A stretch of 63,741 bases of DNA, filler included, from Octopus bimaculoides (Eukaryota): NCBI RefSeq assembly GCF_001194135.2. It is 6 parts of 6 records of this genome, joined end to end, with 100 filler letters (N's around TTAATTAATTAA, not from the genome) between each part and the next. Parts side by side here need not be neighbours in the genome. Positions count along the whole stretch, not along the records: positions 21,734 to 31,960 come from NC_068982.1; positions 32,061 to 41,819 come from NC_069005.1; 4 more parts are not named here. One strand, written 5' to 3'. Each line of letters opens with the position of its first letter. The stretch's first letter is position 1. Both the position numbers and the translations under genes were made by a program. The notes below the pieces were generated by a model. That model saw only the letters and a list, made by a program, of their open reading frames with translations. It was not told the DNA's origin and made no database searches. Below, one piece after another: positions 26,251 to 39,780 of the stretch.

Positions 26251-27019
26251 TTAATGAGCATCCATTATACATTGCACATTCTATTTGTGGTACAAATTTG
26301 ACAGCAAATTTTTCTGAGAATGGAGGAGGAGCAGATTCGTAGAGTGAGTTATTTACGTCTCTTTACATTCTATGTACACTTTTCGCTGTGGTTGATAAAA
26401 TCTCCCCAAATCATGCAATAAGTTTTCAGCTAGGAACTGTGATGTACTGAACTTGATTAAATTCACTTCCTTTCTTCTCCATTATGTGTGGAAGAAAATT
26501 GTAAATTTTGTTGTTAGGTTGGTGAGTTCGAATCTGCTTAAATGTAACTTCATATTTTTCTCTCAACGCATAATAGAAAAACAAGCCCTATGGGTAATAT
26601 AACCGAATGCTATCATAGACCTAAATGTACCTTGGTTGGACATGCTTCACATGTACTGTATCATCTAACCGTATACATACATACATCTTACATAAATACA
26701 CACATACATACGTACCTACGTACATACATCTCACAACATACATCTCACAACATACATCTTACATACATACATCTTACTTGTCGGCAGCGAGCTCCTCAGG
26801 GAACACTCTCTTCCTGATGACCTCCCATACAACCCCCAAACATCCGGAATAACATATCTCAAAGAAGACCTGGACGTGAAACACTCAGCATACCAAACCA
26901 AAAAAAAAACCCCCCAAAAAAACATGCATAGGTATGTCTCCCGAAGACTTGAAGAACACAGCAATATTGATATGAAGCGAAGCCTCTCTTGAACTCATGA
27001 CCATTACATCACATCACAC

Positions 27020-27590
27020 ATGGAAGGCTAAGCATTTGCAATCCAAGAACAAGAGATTGCTGCTAAATACCTAATCAACAAAAGAGACAGTGAAGCTCTT
27101 TGAGTTCCAAGATGCGACCAAAAATGTAGATTATGTCATATGTCTGTGGAAGACAACACATATGTGATTCGCAGCTGCCCGAAAATGTCATCAAGGCACT
27201 ACTGCCCTCATGCGACATGATGTTGTTGCAAAAACATTATACAATGATATTCAGAAAAAAGACTATCCTGGAACAAATATAGAGAATCTCCTATGATTGA
27301 ATACGTACACAAACATCAGCATAAAGAACTAGTGGAACATTTCTATCAAAACATTGGTCAAGTGTAAGCATAACAGGCCGGATATAGTTGTTTGGGACAG
27401 ACATGACAAAGTATGTACGTTGTAGAAGTCAGCTGTCATGCTGATGTGAATATCACTTCGGAAAAAAAAAATTAAATAAAGAGGATAACTATGGAATACT
27501 GTTTCGAAATCTTCAGCTTCGATATCCAGATTACAAGTTTTCATTTATACCAATAATAATTGGTACACTTGGTTTTGTAAAGACTGCCTA
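27020..27590 (+). mobile_element. RLE-type non-LTR retrotransposon 3' fragment (R2/R4/NeSL-like)
   Basis: AIQEQEIA, CRLCHMSVEDNTYVIRSC zinc knuckle, frameshifted RHD, NRPDIVVWD...VEVSC and FIPIIIGTLG endonuclease motifs. Confidence 0.85.
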
Positions 27591-28259
27591 TATCGTTCAT
27601 TGGGAGGCCACAAAGAAAGTACCCATAGTTTTGTGAATGTACAAGTAAGTCTGCTTTTTACATTCTACTGTATGTTCGACATTTTGGGGCAAAACCCGCT
27701 TGTTTTGGGGGTAAATAATGCTGCTATGCATTTTCTGTTTTGTTCAGATGTTGCATGACTAGTTCTACTTGAAGTTGTGGGTAAACGAGAAAATTTTTAC
27801 TTTATTAAAATTTCTTTCGTGATTTTCATGTAGCAAAGCTTGTGTGTATAAGTCAGTATTGATTTCATTGTTGCTGTTTTGCCTAGTGATTTTCTAGGAC
27901 TCTTCCCGACAGTGTTATTCTGTAGAGAAAAATTTTTTGTTTACTAAAGTCATGTATTTTGTTGCGAAATATTTCTCTGCGCGTTTTGTTTTTTGCAATT
28001 AAATGCATTCATTTTATTGAAAAGGCAATTGTCTCTACAGCTCTTGATCTCATGGGCGCTATTCGTCACCATGTTATACATGCGTGTACTCAAAACAAAG
28101 AAAAATGACATAAAATCTAAAAAGAGATGTCTTTCGTCTAGACTCTGTATGGGCAAAATCCCAAGTATTTTCGCATGTAGTTTCTTTGGTAAATCCATAG
28201 TCTTTACGAACGATAAGAAAACAATCAGAGTAGTCAAGCAGTAAATAATAATAATAATA

Positions 28260-28306
<47 letters not shown>

Positions 28307-28402
28307 CATAATAATCGTCATGATTCAATAAGAGCGGATTTTATTAAAGGGCTTTGTGTTATTTTTTTACAATCCAGGTGAAAGAGAAACAGGTTGTTTT
28401 CA

Positions 28403-28481
<79 letters not shown>

Positions 28482-29229
28482 TAAATAGCTAGCTGAGAAA
28501 ATACATACAAATGTATTTGAAAAGCAGAAAGGGAATAGAATCTTCAGTCTCCGGTTTCAGTTTCCATCAGAATAAGTTATTTTGCTTTATTTTCTTTTTC
28601 TTCTTACGTTAATCTGCATAGATTAAAAATTGTCAATCGGATTTTATAGTTTGACTGCGTCATGCAACAACCAGTACCGGCACAGTTACCAACAACATCA
28701 AAACAACAAGCACTGCAACCAGAGTAGCACCAGCTGCATCCATTTTTCTCTAACATCTACACAAATCCTACATGGATTGTATTACTACAAACCTAAGTGT
28801 TTCAATGGTTGTAGACAGCAGTGACTATAATTCACAAGTGTCTCATTTGTGTAGGTTGTTTGAGAAATTTTTATAATTGAGAAACTTTTCATAGGTGTAG
28901 ACTGTAGAAGCACCATATAATTCACGAGTGTTTCATTCGTAAGTTATACGGTAGCCAACAAGGGAGAGAGTATGTGTGCAGTCCAGGTGTGTTTCACTGG
29001 TGTAGGTAGTAGCAGAAAATCTATATAATTTACGAGTATTTCATTACTGCAGTGAGTAGACGAGGGAGTGTATAATTAATCTGTGATTCAGTGGTGTAGG
29101 CTGCAGTAGAAATATTATATAATTCACGAGTGTCTCTCTAGTGCAGCCAACAGACGAGGAGTCACACTGATGTTGTAGGATCAGATTAAATTTTGTAGTA
29201 GACGCCGCCAATGCCAGAAGGATACAGTG

Positions 29230-29800
29230 TCAGGATATGAATACGCATATTTTCTGTTAATCAATTCCAAATTAACGGTTCCAAATTCAACCGTCTCTTT
29301 TAACAGCAAAAACACTCAAGCGCTACTCACATCAAGAAAACACCCTTCTACACAAGTTTTAAACATGATTAATACTCAGCTAGTACCCTCACAAGCGCTC
29401 CAATTGTTGGGTGTTACTATCACCGAACATCTCTCCTGGTGAAGGCGAATCCTTACCATGTCTAGGACCGTATCTCAATGACTAGCACGTCTCTCAATGC
29501 TCCGAAAACATTTCAACTCCGAACTGCTGTTAACACACTACAAAATACATGTGAATCTACAATGGAATACGGTTTCCACATCTGGGACGATGCAGTGGCT
29601 ATGCAAACTGATATTCTGCATCGTATCCAGAGTAGGGCCATTCATCTGATTAGCACTCAGGGCACTAGCGGACACACAAGCGTTTGGCCTCCAGGTGCAC
29701 TGTCTTCCTTTTCTGTCTTTCCTGTCATTGCCATAATGGCCTCAGCTTCTCGGGACTGGTTGGGCTTACACCTCCACCACTCACTCACACCACCCAACTC
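29230..29800 (+). mobile_element. CR1/L2/Jockey-group LINE RT C-terminal remnant
   Basis: LQLLGVTITEHLSW, TMEYGFHIWDDA, LHRIQSRAIHLI. Confidence 0.75.
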
Positions 29801-30277
29801 ATCTCTCCACCTCTTAGCTCCCTTGATGCGTGCAATAAACTTTAAGAAACTCAGGGACACATACATACATATGCGCGTGTGTAGCTTTTGTTGGATATTT
29901 ATTATTATCATTATTGTTAATATTATTGCTATTATTAACATTATCACTATACTTTTTTATCGTTCTTATTCCTGCCTCTTTTACTATTGTTACCACCACT
30001 ATCATTATGCGCACATTTTTTTCGCCCGGCCTCGACCATCAGTGTGATGTAAAGGGTCTTTTATCCAAGTTAGACATGTTCGAAGAAATGACTGCTCGCC
30101 GTGGAAACTCCAGAGTAATAGGTCCTTGGACGTAAATATACTCTATACGTTTATATAGAGTACTCCTTCTCCAGAATGTTACCAAAAAATATACATACGT
30201 ACATGGATAATATATCCTATTTATTAGAGCCGAAAAATCATCACAGAGCTTCATGTGACCGTTCGACGGACACGTAA

Positions 30278-30315
30278 CTGTCCAATGAACGATAACGTGA
30301 AACTCTGAGTAAGAG
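30278..30315 (+). ncRNA. Decayed minimal hammerhead-like motif
   Basis: ctgt-CCAATGA-ACG ataa CGT-GAAA-CTCTGAG-TA-agag. Stems II and III are perfect but the core has two substitutions. Confidence 0.35.
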
Positions 30316-30455
30316 ACTGAGGAGATTTTTTTCGACTTTAATAAATAGTATGTTACTCTACCTTTGCTAATCGAGTTCTATTTTTACCACCTTGCTTTGC
30401 ATTTATGTACTTACTTGTGTGTGTATGTATACATACATATACACATACAAATATA

Positions 30456-30525
<70 letters not shown>

Positions 30526-31503
30526 CACACACACCTATATAATTATACGCGCACGCACGCGCACACACACACACACACACACATACACACACACACACAC
30601 ACATTCTTTGTTTACGTCTTGTTGATGTTGATTTTGTCAGTGTTGTTGCGAATGTTGTGAATGGGCAACAACTGTCTTGGATTGCGTTCCGTGCTTAAAA
30701 GACTTAATAATCCTCGATGTTAAAGATCAATACAGATGAATAATGGCTAAAGGTTAGCCAGATTGCAGCTATCCACTTCCTATAATCTGTAACATATAGC
30801 CTCAGATAAACTTGCCTGTTTCCAGAGTGCTTCGTTCCAAAGGATTAATTAGCTTTATCCGATAGATTTCAAATTAAGAGAAAAAAAGACAAAGAAAACA
30901 CGTGTACAGTCATAAACACATATTCACATACACGCGTATACGCACATACACAGATACACATACATATGTGTAACATTAGTTTAACTGAACGAACAGCAAA
31001 CAAAGAGGATGAGAGGGATAGGATTACGATAAACACACTACTACACATACACACAAAAGCACATACATTCATATAAGAATGACGATGGAGTTAGATGTTT
31101 CGTTTCGTAACTATGTTGGTAGGTGTTCATTTCTGCTGTGTAGTACCTTGGGGTTGCACCTTCGGCAGTAACCTCAACTTCACCAGTATATCACGAGTGC
31201 AATTTGTTTACTGGGAACTATATATAACCCCTGCGTATGTATCTGTGAGTGTATATAACGGCATGTATGTAGAATTCTTTCCATGTTTCATGCAACAGTA
31301 GATAAAAAACAACAAAACCTCAGTTTTGAGACAAAATAGTGAGTTTGAAGTTCGGCAGAAAGAGATGTAATTTCGTCAACATTTGATTACTATTTCTTGC
31401 GGTTCGTTTAGCTCTGTGGAGGTTACCTGATTGGTTCTTTATGGCTACATTTAAGTATTAATTTCTGTGTAATGCACATGCATACAGACATACATACATA
31501 CTT

Positions 31504-31538
<35 letters not shown>

Positions 31539-31636
31539 CATATTCGTACATTGACTTACATCGAACGAATAAGATAGGGGCTCTCATTAAATGATGTAGA
31601 GGATAAGGTTATTTATATTGAAACTATAACTGAGGT

Positions 31637-31681
31637 GTCTCGCGACTCAAGTTTCACGCCTCTGCGATCTTCAGGTCAGAA
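31637..31681 (-). ncRNA. Minimal type I hammerhead-like motif, intact core
   Basis: Minus strand ttctgac-CTGAAGA-tCGC agag GCGt-GAAA-CTTGAG-TC-gcgagac: GUC triplet, near-palindromic stem III (ACTTGAGT), stem I 4 of 7 pairs. Confidence 0.5.
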
Positions 31682-32067
31682 CTGTCGCAACTCGATTTTG
31701 TTGGTGTACGTGTATCTCTTGTGTGTGTGTATGTGTGTGTGAGTGTGGTTTGTGTGTGGTCTAGCACTCTAGTACTTCTGCTTGTTCATTGCTTGGCTTT
31801 TCGTGTTTATTGGTTGGGCGGTGTTTTTTAATGTGTATTAGAGCACATGAAAAAATTCAAGAACACTAGGCCTCAACAAAAGAAATGATTACATTATGTA
31901 AAGTATATATTTATTCATTGTTTAATATATACGCATGTATATATATATATATATATATATNNNNNNNNNNNNNNNNNNNNNNNNNNNNNNNNNNNNNNNN
32001 NNNNTTAATTAATTAANNNNNNNNNNNNNNNNNNNNNNNNNNNNNNNNNNNNNNNNNNNNTTGAAGC

Positions 32068-32101
<34 letters not shown>

Positions 32102-32114
32102 GAGGTTTAAGGTG

Positions 32115-32270
32115 GTGAGCTGGCAGAACCGTTAGCACACCAGGGAAAAATGCTTAGCAGTATTTCGTCTGCCGTTACGTTTCTGAGTTCAAATTCCGCC
32201 GAGGTCAACTTTGCCTTTCATCCTTTCGGTGTCGATAAAATAAGTACCAGTTATGTACTGGGGGCCCCCG
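32115..32270 (+). mobile_element. SINE family X
   Basis: gtgagctggcagaaccgttagcac...gagttcaaattccgccgagg. Confidence 0.85.
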
Positions 32271-32529
32271 ATGGACTTGGCTAATTGCTGAATCCATTTG
32301 TGCACGAGGCCACAGCTTTTTGGCAAAAGTCCATGAGTTAACGAAGCTCAGACGCTGCAGTGCATATTTGTGGAGCAGTTACATCATATTTGTGGAGCAG
32401 TTACATCATACAGCATGAATTTCACACTGGCCTGGCTTGTGCTGCTGCCAGGCTTATGAAGTTTATCATGAAATAGCAATGCCCTCTGCTAGCATTGCGA
32501 GGTCAGGAATTTCTGGAAGTTATCCATAG

Positions 32530-32990
32530 GCGTAGGTGTGGCTGTGTGGTAAGAAGCTTGCTTCCCCAACCTCATGGGTCCAGGTTCAATCTCACTGATA
32601 GAATAAGTACCAGGATTTTGATATCTTTCTCCCTATAAATACATTTAATGGTCCATTGCGTGTCACCTTCAGCAAGTGTCTTCTACTAAAGCCTTGGGCC
32701 GACCAAAACCTTGTGAGGGCACTTATTCTATCGATATCCTTTGCCAAACCACTAGGTTACAGGAACATAAACATACCAGCATCAGTTATCAAGTGGTGCT
32801 TGGGGACAAACCCCACCCACACACACACACACATGATGGGCTTCTTTCAGTTTCCATCTATCAGATCCACTCAAGGCTTTGGTTGCCCCAAGGCTATTTA
32901 GAAGATACTTTCCCAAGGTGTCACACAGTAGTACTGAACCCAGAACCATTTGGTTGGGAAGCAAAATTCTTACCACACAGCCATGCCTGT
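32530..32990. mobile_element. Family Y SINE pieces (plus head, minus copy)
   Basis: Family heads at 32530 (+) and about 32985 (-). Confidence 0.7.
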
Positions 32991-33219
32991 ACCTATATAA
33001 TTTATTCAGTACCAAATGATCCCTGGCCTTGCTCTGGTCTGTGGTACAGCAGTTGGGGTCTGGGGTCCCTTGTATTAAATGCAAAGCTTGAGGTACCACC
33101 ATCCAAATACTAGGTCATTGGCTACAAATCTTATCAAGGAAAATAGATCAGGTCAATCCCCTAGTGCATAACTGGTATTTTATTTTATTGATCCAAAACT
33201 GGGAGGATAAAAGGCTCAG

Positions 33220-33500
33220 TAAACTGACACTTGCTTCATGCTCTTGCTTGATGAGGCTGGGGTCATTGCAGGTCCCAGTGATGAGGCTGGGGTCATAGTG
33301 GTCCCAGAGCCAACCAGAACTCTCCATCGCTGGCGTCTTTGTGCCAACCTCTCTGCATCTTGCAAAATGGCGTCAAGCCTCTGCAGATCTTCTTTAATCG
33401 TGTCCAGCCATCTGTTGCGGAACCTGCCACAAGGCCTGGTAGGATGGTCTTGGTGGAAGACAGAGGACATGTCCGTACCAGCACATGTGACGGATAGCTG
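33220..33500 (-). mobile_element. RTE-clade LINE extreme 3' fragment with short tandem tail
   Basis: RPCGRFRNRWLDTIKEDL...AERLAQRRQRWRVLV matches the GRPR.RW.D.I..D...A.DR..WR end of RTE ORFs. Confidence 0.75.
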
Positions 33501-34048
33501 TGAGGTAGGAGGCTGCAGCTGATGGACTAAATACCACAATATTTTATTTTGTCAGTTCATAAATTGATGGATAAAACACCTGCTCAGAGCAGTTACTCTC
33601 TTACCTATCAGCATCTGCACATATACAGCCATGTGCAATCATTCATGTGTGCTCGTTCATTCACTCTGTTACTTGCATATGCATATGCTCGCTCACTCAA
33701 TTACACATTCACTCAAGCATAGACAGTCATAAACACAAGTGGCCATCCTGCCTTCATTCAAACAGGTTCCTTACACTTACGTTTTGCAATATTTATTACT
33801 TACCATTATCCTCATAATAAAAATACAAAAACAAAGCATCCAGTGGCTTTGCTCTTTCAAGGACATATGAAATAAGAGACCCCCCCCCCCTACCTGAAAA
33901 ACAGTTAAGGGCTGGTGACAGGAAGGGAAGGGTATCCAGCCATTGGAAAACATGCCAAAACTGACAGTGGCGCTTAGCACAGCTCTGCAGCTTGCCAGAT
34001 CCTATCAAACCATTCCAACACGTGCCAACATAGAAAAACGAACATTAA

Positions 34049-34270
34049 CCCTTTCGTTACCAACGCGGCTGAAACCGGCTCTGACTCTGTAGTACAAATG
34101 TCTGGTTTTCAAAAATTCTGAATTAAAATCTTCCACCAAACCTTAGTCGCAATTCATGTTCCTAACACTAGCTGAATGTTAACTAAGTTATTTTACTAAA
34201 TTCTTTGTTATATTTAACATTATTTGAAAGAAACACAGAACATCTCAACAGAAATATGGCAACAAAAGGG
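34049..34270. mobile_element. TTAA MITE family 2, copy 1
   Basis: TTAA 34045-34048, CCCTTTCGTTACC...GGCAACAAAAGGG, TTAA 34271-34274. Confidence 0.85.
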
Positions 34271-34301
34271 TTAAAATATATAATAGAGAAACAATTCTTA
34301 A

Positions 34302-34511
34302 CCCTTTCGTTACCAACCTGGCTGAAACCAGCTCTGGCTCTGTCTTGTTTCCATAAGTCTTGAATTAAAATCTTCCACCAAACCTTAGTCACAATTTATG
34401 TTCCTAACACTAGCTTAATGATAACTAAGTTATTTTACTAAATTCTTTGTTATATTTAAAGTAATTGAAAGAAACACAGAGCATCTCAAAATAAATACAG
34501 TAACAAAAGGG
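34302..34511. mobile_element. TTAA MITE family 2, copy 2
   Basis: TTAA 34298-34301, same TIR and body, TTAA 34512-34515. Confidence 0.85.
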
Positions 34512-34612
34512 TTAAATGACAGTGATTTTGAGAAGGACTCATTCTCACACATCATCCTGAGAAACTCATTCTTACACTCTCTCTCTCTCTCTCTCTCTTT
34601 TTCTTCTTGCAG

Positions 34613-34753
34613 GCAATTCCTATCCTGCTTGGTGTTGGTGTTGTTGTCATGACGGCAATCCTGGCCAAACACTTGTTCTCAGGCAGCAAGAAACCCAAGG
34701 TGACGCTTGAGAACAAAGACGTAAAGTATGCCTTGAGGTTGGTTGACAAAGAG
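34613..34753 (+). CDS. CYB5R3: NADH-cytochrome b5 reductase, internal exon (membrane anchor plus start of FAD-binding domain)
   Basis: Pyrimidine tract...ttgcag acceptor, GAG|gtaaga donor, 141 nt, phase 0/0: AIPILLGVGVVVMTAILAKHLFSGSKKPKVTLENKDVKYALRLVDKE, resembling CYB5R TLE.PD.KYPLRL.D.E. Confidence 0.93.
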
Positions 34754-36014
34754 GTAAGAAAAACCTTTCATTTTCCTTCCATTTCTTCTATCATTTATAT
34801 ATACATGTGTGTGTGTGTGTGTGTATTTTTTAATTTGTTTCGGTTTTCTGACTGCAACCATGCTGGGGCACTACTTTGAAGGGTTTAGTCAAGGGAATCT
34901 AGCACCCCCACTCCTTTTCAAAAATATACGGACACAGATCGTGTCGTGTAGCCAGCTGGAGACGAGGTCTCCTGGGGCTAAATTACAGCAACATTCGTCC
35001 TAAACCAGGACTGCCATGTTACGTTGGCAAACAATCTTCACTCCAAAGTACTGTTGCTGAATAACTCTCGTTGCGAGATTTACAAATAGTAATTATCATC
35101 ATTTAACGACTGTTGTCCTTGCTGGCATCAGTTGGATGGTTTGACCAGAGCTGATGTGCCACAGAGCTGCACCAGGCTCCAGTCTGATTTGACATGGTTT
35201 CTACAGCTGGATGCCATTCCTAACGCCAGCCACTTTACAGAGTGTGCTGGGTGCTTTTAATGTGGCACCATAAGTGCTTTTTACATGGCACCTCAAAGGT
35301 GCTTTTACATGACACCGCAAGGGCATTTTCATGTGGCACTGCTACGAGTGCTTTTTATGTGGCACTGGAACAGAACCCTTACAGGTCAATCCTCTCCACC
35401 AGGGAGACAGGGCTTAACTTAACCCTTCTGCTGTGCAGCGTGGGTCTTCTTGAGCACAACAAGGCACCAGACATCTCAGTCCTTTGTCCTCCTAACTTTC
35501 TCATTATTACGCTGGGGTCTTGAATAAATTAGCATAAAACTTTGATTGAAGATTATAATGCAGATGATTCTCAAACAGTAAGTTTGTGTCATAAGACCTG
35601 GGTCAGTCTCAGTTGGGTTGCTATTAAAAAGGGTTAAAATAAATGTCATGCTTGGTTTACTCCAACAGAGAAAAATATAAGCCTGAGAGGAATATTCCTT
35701 TTGCCCTTCCCTAATTATGAGTTTTCACTTTCTCTCTATTTTTCTATATTTGGAACATGACCTTTGGCATTGTTTCAACAATTATGTCATTTAGATTTAT
35801 GACAGCATGACACCTCTGATTAATGTCTCCAAAACTATTCAGGTGTCATGACACTCAAAATGAAAACTAAGTAGACATTTGTTTTTAACGTATGGCATAT
35901 AATCCCTCTTAACTTTTTTATTTCTTGGAATTTTTTTAGAAGACTTTTTGTGAATTTGGATTCTATATGCAGGAATTTACAAGACTAGGGTGCTTAAAGC
36001 AGAACTCCACTCTC

Positions 36015-36375
36015 TTTTACTTGTCTCAGTCATTTGACTGCGGCCATGCTGGAGCACCGCCTTTAGTCGAGCAAATCGACCCCAGGACTTATTCTTTGTA
36101 AGCCTAGTACTTATTCTATCGATCTCTAAGTTACGGAGACATAAACACACCAGCATCGGTTGTCAAGCGATATTGGGGGGACAAACACAAATACACACAT
36201 ATATATATATATACATATACATATATATACGATGGGCTTCTTTCAGTTTTTGTCTACCAAATCCACTCACAAGGCTTTGGTTGGCCCGAGGCTATAGTAG
36301 AAAACACTTGTTGCCCATGGTGCCACACATGTGGTTGGGAAGCAAGCTTCTTACCACACAGCCACGCCTGCGCCT
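36015..36375 (-). mobile_element. SINE family Y
   Basis: ttactcttttacttg...cagtcatttgactgcggccatgctggagcac tail and family head. Confidence 0.85.
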
Positions 36376-36844
36376 ATGTGCTGCCTAAATCTGTATTTGT
36401 CCTATGTATGTGCTGCAGATGTTACACAACTTTGTCACGTCTCAGTGTCATTGTGAGGGTGTGGTGGTCATGTTAGTGACACTGGCTTGGTTGTGGTTGC
36501 GGTTGCAGTAGTGGAATGGAGTGAACATGAAGGAGATCTGGTTTCATTTTCAATATGCCACACCTCCATGATAGCAAACCGTGCTTTGCAAAAGGTGCCC
36601 AACCCCACAAAAATCGCACTGCACTACCATCACATCAACATCGAGTGTGGGGCAACCTTTACTGAGAAGTGGGCTGCATGAGATATGGCTCCTCATCGAG
36701 GGAAGGGGACACACTTCTAAAAGCAATTCAAGGGTATTTATTCTTTAACTTGTCTCATTCATTAGACTGTGGCTATGCTGGGGCACAGCTTTGAGGAATT
36801 TTAGTCAAAATAATCATCCCCCGTGCTTATTTTGAAGCCTGGTA

Positions 36845-37324
36845 CTTTCTGTATTGGGTAGGTGTGAGAAGCCTGACTCGGTCAGTTTAAACATAAAACA
36901 GAATATTTGGGTCAGATATGGTCAGTTTAACCCTTTAGCATTCAGATTATTCTATCAAATGTAATCCTTGTTGATTCACATTGTTTTCGGTTAATCATGC
37001 ATTTTATCTCTAAGCTTCAGAATTTCATTGATGTGATTCTTTACATTTAAGATGACATTGTAGGGTAGGTGTGAGAAGCTGGATCTGGCTAGTTTGAACA
37101 TAGAGTTGAGTAGTTGGGCAGGATATGACTGATTTAAGTCCTAAAAGCTTAACCCTTTAGCATTTAATCCGGCCATATTCAGCGCAAATATTCTACCTGT
37201 TTTATGTTAAAACTGCCCAGATCCAGCCTCTTACACCTACTCTACAATGTCATTCTAAAAACATCCAAACACACCATTGAAATCATGAAGCTACGAGATA
37301 ACACATGCAGTCCTAAAGGCTTAA
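36845..37324. mobile_element. Chain of family 1 TTAA MITEs sharing TTAA sites
   Basis: Partial copy, TTAA 36927-36930, copy 36931-37148, TTAA 37149-37152, copy 37153-37320, TTAA 37321-37324. Confidence 0.7.
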
Positions 37325-37904
37325 ACAAACTCCCTGCACAAGTCATCGGTCATCCTTAAAGATGACTAGATGGTCCTCATCACAGATGGACAAACGTGGA
37401 GCCCTGAGTAAGCCAACAGGATGGCCATGGATGGCATACCTTTCATCATATACCTTCACAGATAGAGCTGGCATGATGACTAGTCAGAAATAGACTGCGC
37501 TTTTCATTCACTCTAGAGACCGACAAACACCGTCGTGATTTCTTTAACCAACTGTGACCCGCCCACCCACNNNNNNNNNNNNNNNNNNNNNNNNNNNNNN
37601 NNNNNNNNNNNNNNNNNNNNNNNNNNNNNNNNNNNNNNNNNNNNNNNNNNNNNNNNNNNNNNNNNNNNNNNNNNNNNNNNNNNNNNNNNNNNNNNNNNNN
37701 NNNNNNNNNNNNNNNNNNNNNNNNNNNNNNNNNNNNNNNNNNNNNNNNNNNNNNNNNNNNNNNNNNNNNNNNNNNNNNNNNNNNNNNNNNNNNNNNNNNN
37801 NNNNNNNNNNNNNNNNNNNNNNNNNNNNNNNNNNNNNNNNNNNNNNNNNNTTTGTTGTGGCTGAGAAAACCTGTATTATATCTGTATTGAAATGTTAAAT
37901 AGGT

Positions 37905-37954
<50 letters not shown>

Positions 37955-38283
37955 ATATCTGTGTGTGTGTGTGTGTGTATAAAGACCACATATGCAATAG
38001 CTGTGTGTATTTGTATGTATTTTTATGTGTCTGTGTTGAAATGGTAAGTTGGTGCATATATATATATATATTTATATATAGTGTGTGTGTGGTGTCAGTG
38101 TGCATTGAAATGTTATGTAGATATATTTATATATAATAACCAAGCTGAAGAGCAAATATGTGTGTGTGTATGTGTATATATATATATGTTTGAATGTGTG
38201 TATACATGTACGAATATGTGCGTGTATACATGAATGTATTTGTGTAGATGTAAATGTATGATGTATTTGTGTACGTGTGGGTA

Positions 38284-38323
<40 letters not shown>

Positions 38324-39149
38324 TACATGCATGCATGCATACATATACATTTGTAGTATGTGTAATGCTGTTTGGTTTGAACAAATGAACAAAAATATAT
38401 GTCCTTCCCAAGGGCAGTCAACCATGGAAACTTTTCTCCTTGCTCACAAAGCTTTCTCTTTTCGTCATGAATAGCTTAACATATTTTACTATTTCTCTCC
38501 TCTTTTATTCACCTGAGGCTGATCGTCACAAATGACTGAGCAATAGGTTATTGTCAGGACTTGGACTTTATTTTTTTTGTTTTACTTGATATTGATGTGC
38601 AGAGGAGGAGGAGGTGGTGGTGGAGTTGGGGGGCTTTATGCATATTTTACACCTGTTACGGGCAAACTGAATCTCATGAGATTTTCAGAATGGCCACGCC
38701 TAACGAAAAATCATCTTGAATTGTTTTATTAGTGAGGCTTACCTGATGATGGGCCATGTCTCACATGGGGCCCACGTCTTGATTAAAAATAGGCTCCTGT
38801 CTGTGACTTGACCTTTTCCCAACGTACACAGCTTCTTTCACTGTCATATCTCTAAAGACCAATTCCACAGAGCAAGTGCTGTTACTGTTTGTTGCAAGTC
38901 AACTAAGCAGCTGAATGATTCATAGGGTCAGTTTGTATCTGCTCTGTTTCTGACTTGCAGGTGCACCCAAGGCCAATGTACCATATAGTCAAGGGCTCCT
39001 TACCTAACAAAAAATTACCTTCTCATGCACCCCACTTCTCGTGAAATGTCATCCATGTGTGTAACTAAACCTTCCCCCCACATATACAACTATTTCGCTA
39101 TTGGGTCTCAAAGGACCAGTTCCGCAGTTCTGTTGTTAAAGGACCAGTT

Positions 39150-39357
39150 CTGTTACTCTTTTACTTGTTTCAGTCATTTGACTGCGGCTATGCTGGAGAA
39201 CCGCCTTTAGTCTAGCAAATCGACCCCAGGACTTATTCTTTGTAAGCCTAGTACTTATTCTATTGGTCTCTTTTTGCCGAACCACTAAGTTACGGGGACG
39301 TAAACACACCAGCATCGGTTGTCAAGCGATGATGGGGGGACAAACACAAACACACAA

Positions 39358-39390
<33 letters not shown>

Positions 39391-39572
39391 NNNNNNNNNN
39401 NNNNNNNNNNNNNNNNNNNNNNNNNNNNNNNNNNNNNNNNNNNNNNNNNNNNNNNNNNNNNNNNNNNNNNNNNNNNNNNNNNNNNNNNNNNNNNNNNNNN
39501 NNNNNNNNNNNNNNNNNNNNNNNNNNNNNNNNNNNNNNNNNNNNNNNNNNNNNNNNNNNNNNNNNNNNNNNN

Positions 39573-39613
<41 letters not shown>

Positions 39614-39780
39614 TACAACGGGCTTCTTTCAGTTTCCGTCTACCAAATCCACTCACAAGACTTTGGTCAGCCCGAGGCTATAGTAGAAGACACTTGCCCA
39701 AGGTTCCACACAGTGGGACTGAGCCCGGAACCATGTGGTTGGTAAGCAAGCTACTTACCACACAGCCACTTCTACGCCTA
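39150..39780 (-). mobile_element. SINE family Y spanning a gap in its (TA)n tract
   Basis: Family tail and head on either side of the N run. Confidence 0.85.

Noticed and set aside
38738-38790. CTGATGA followed by a tgggccatgt/acatggggccca hairpin
   Set aside because: No GAAA after the hairpin and no stem I, so not a hammerhead.
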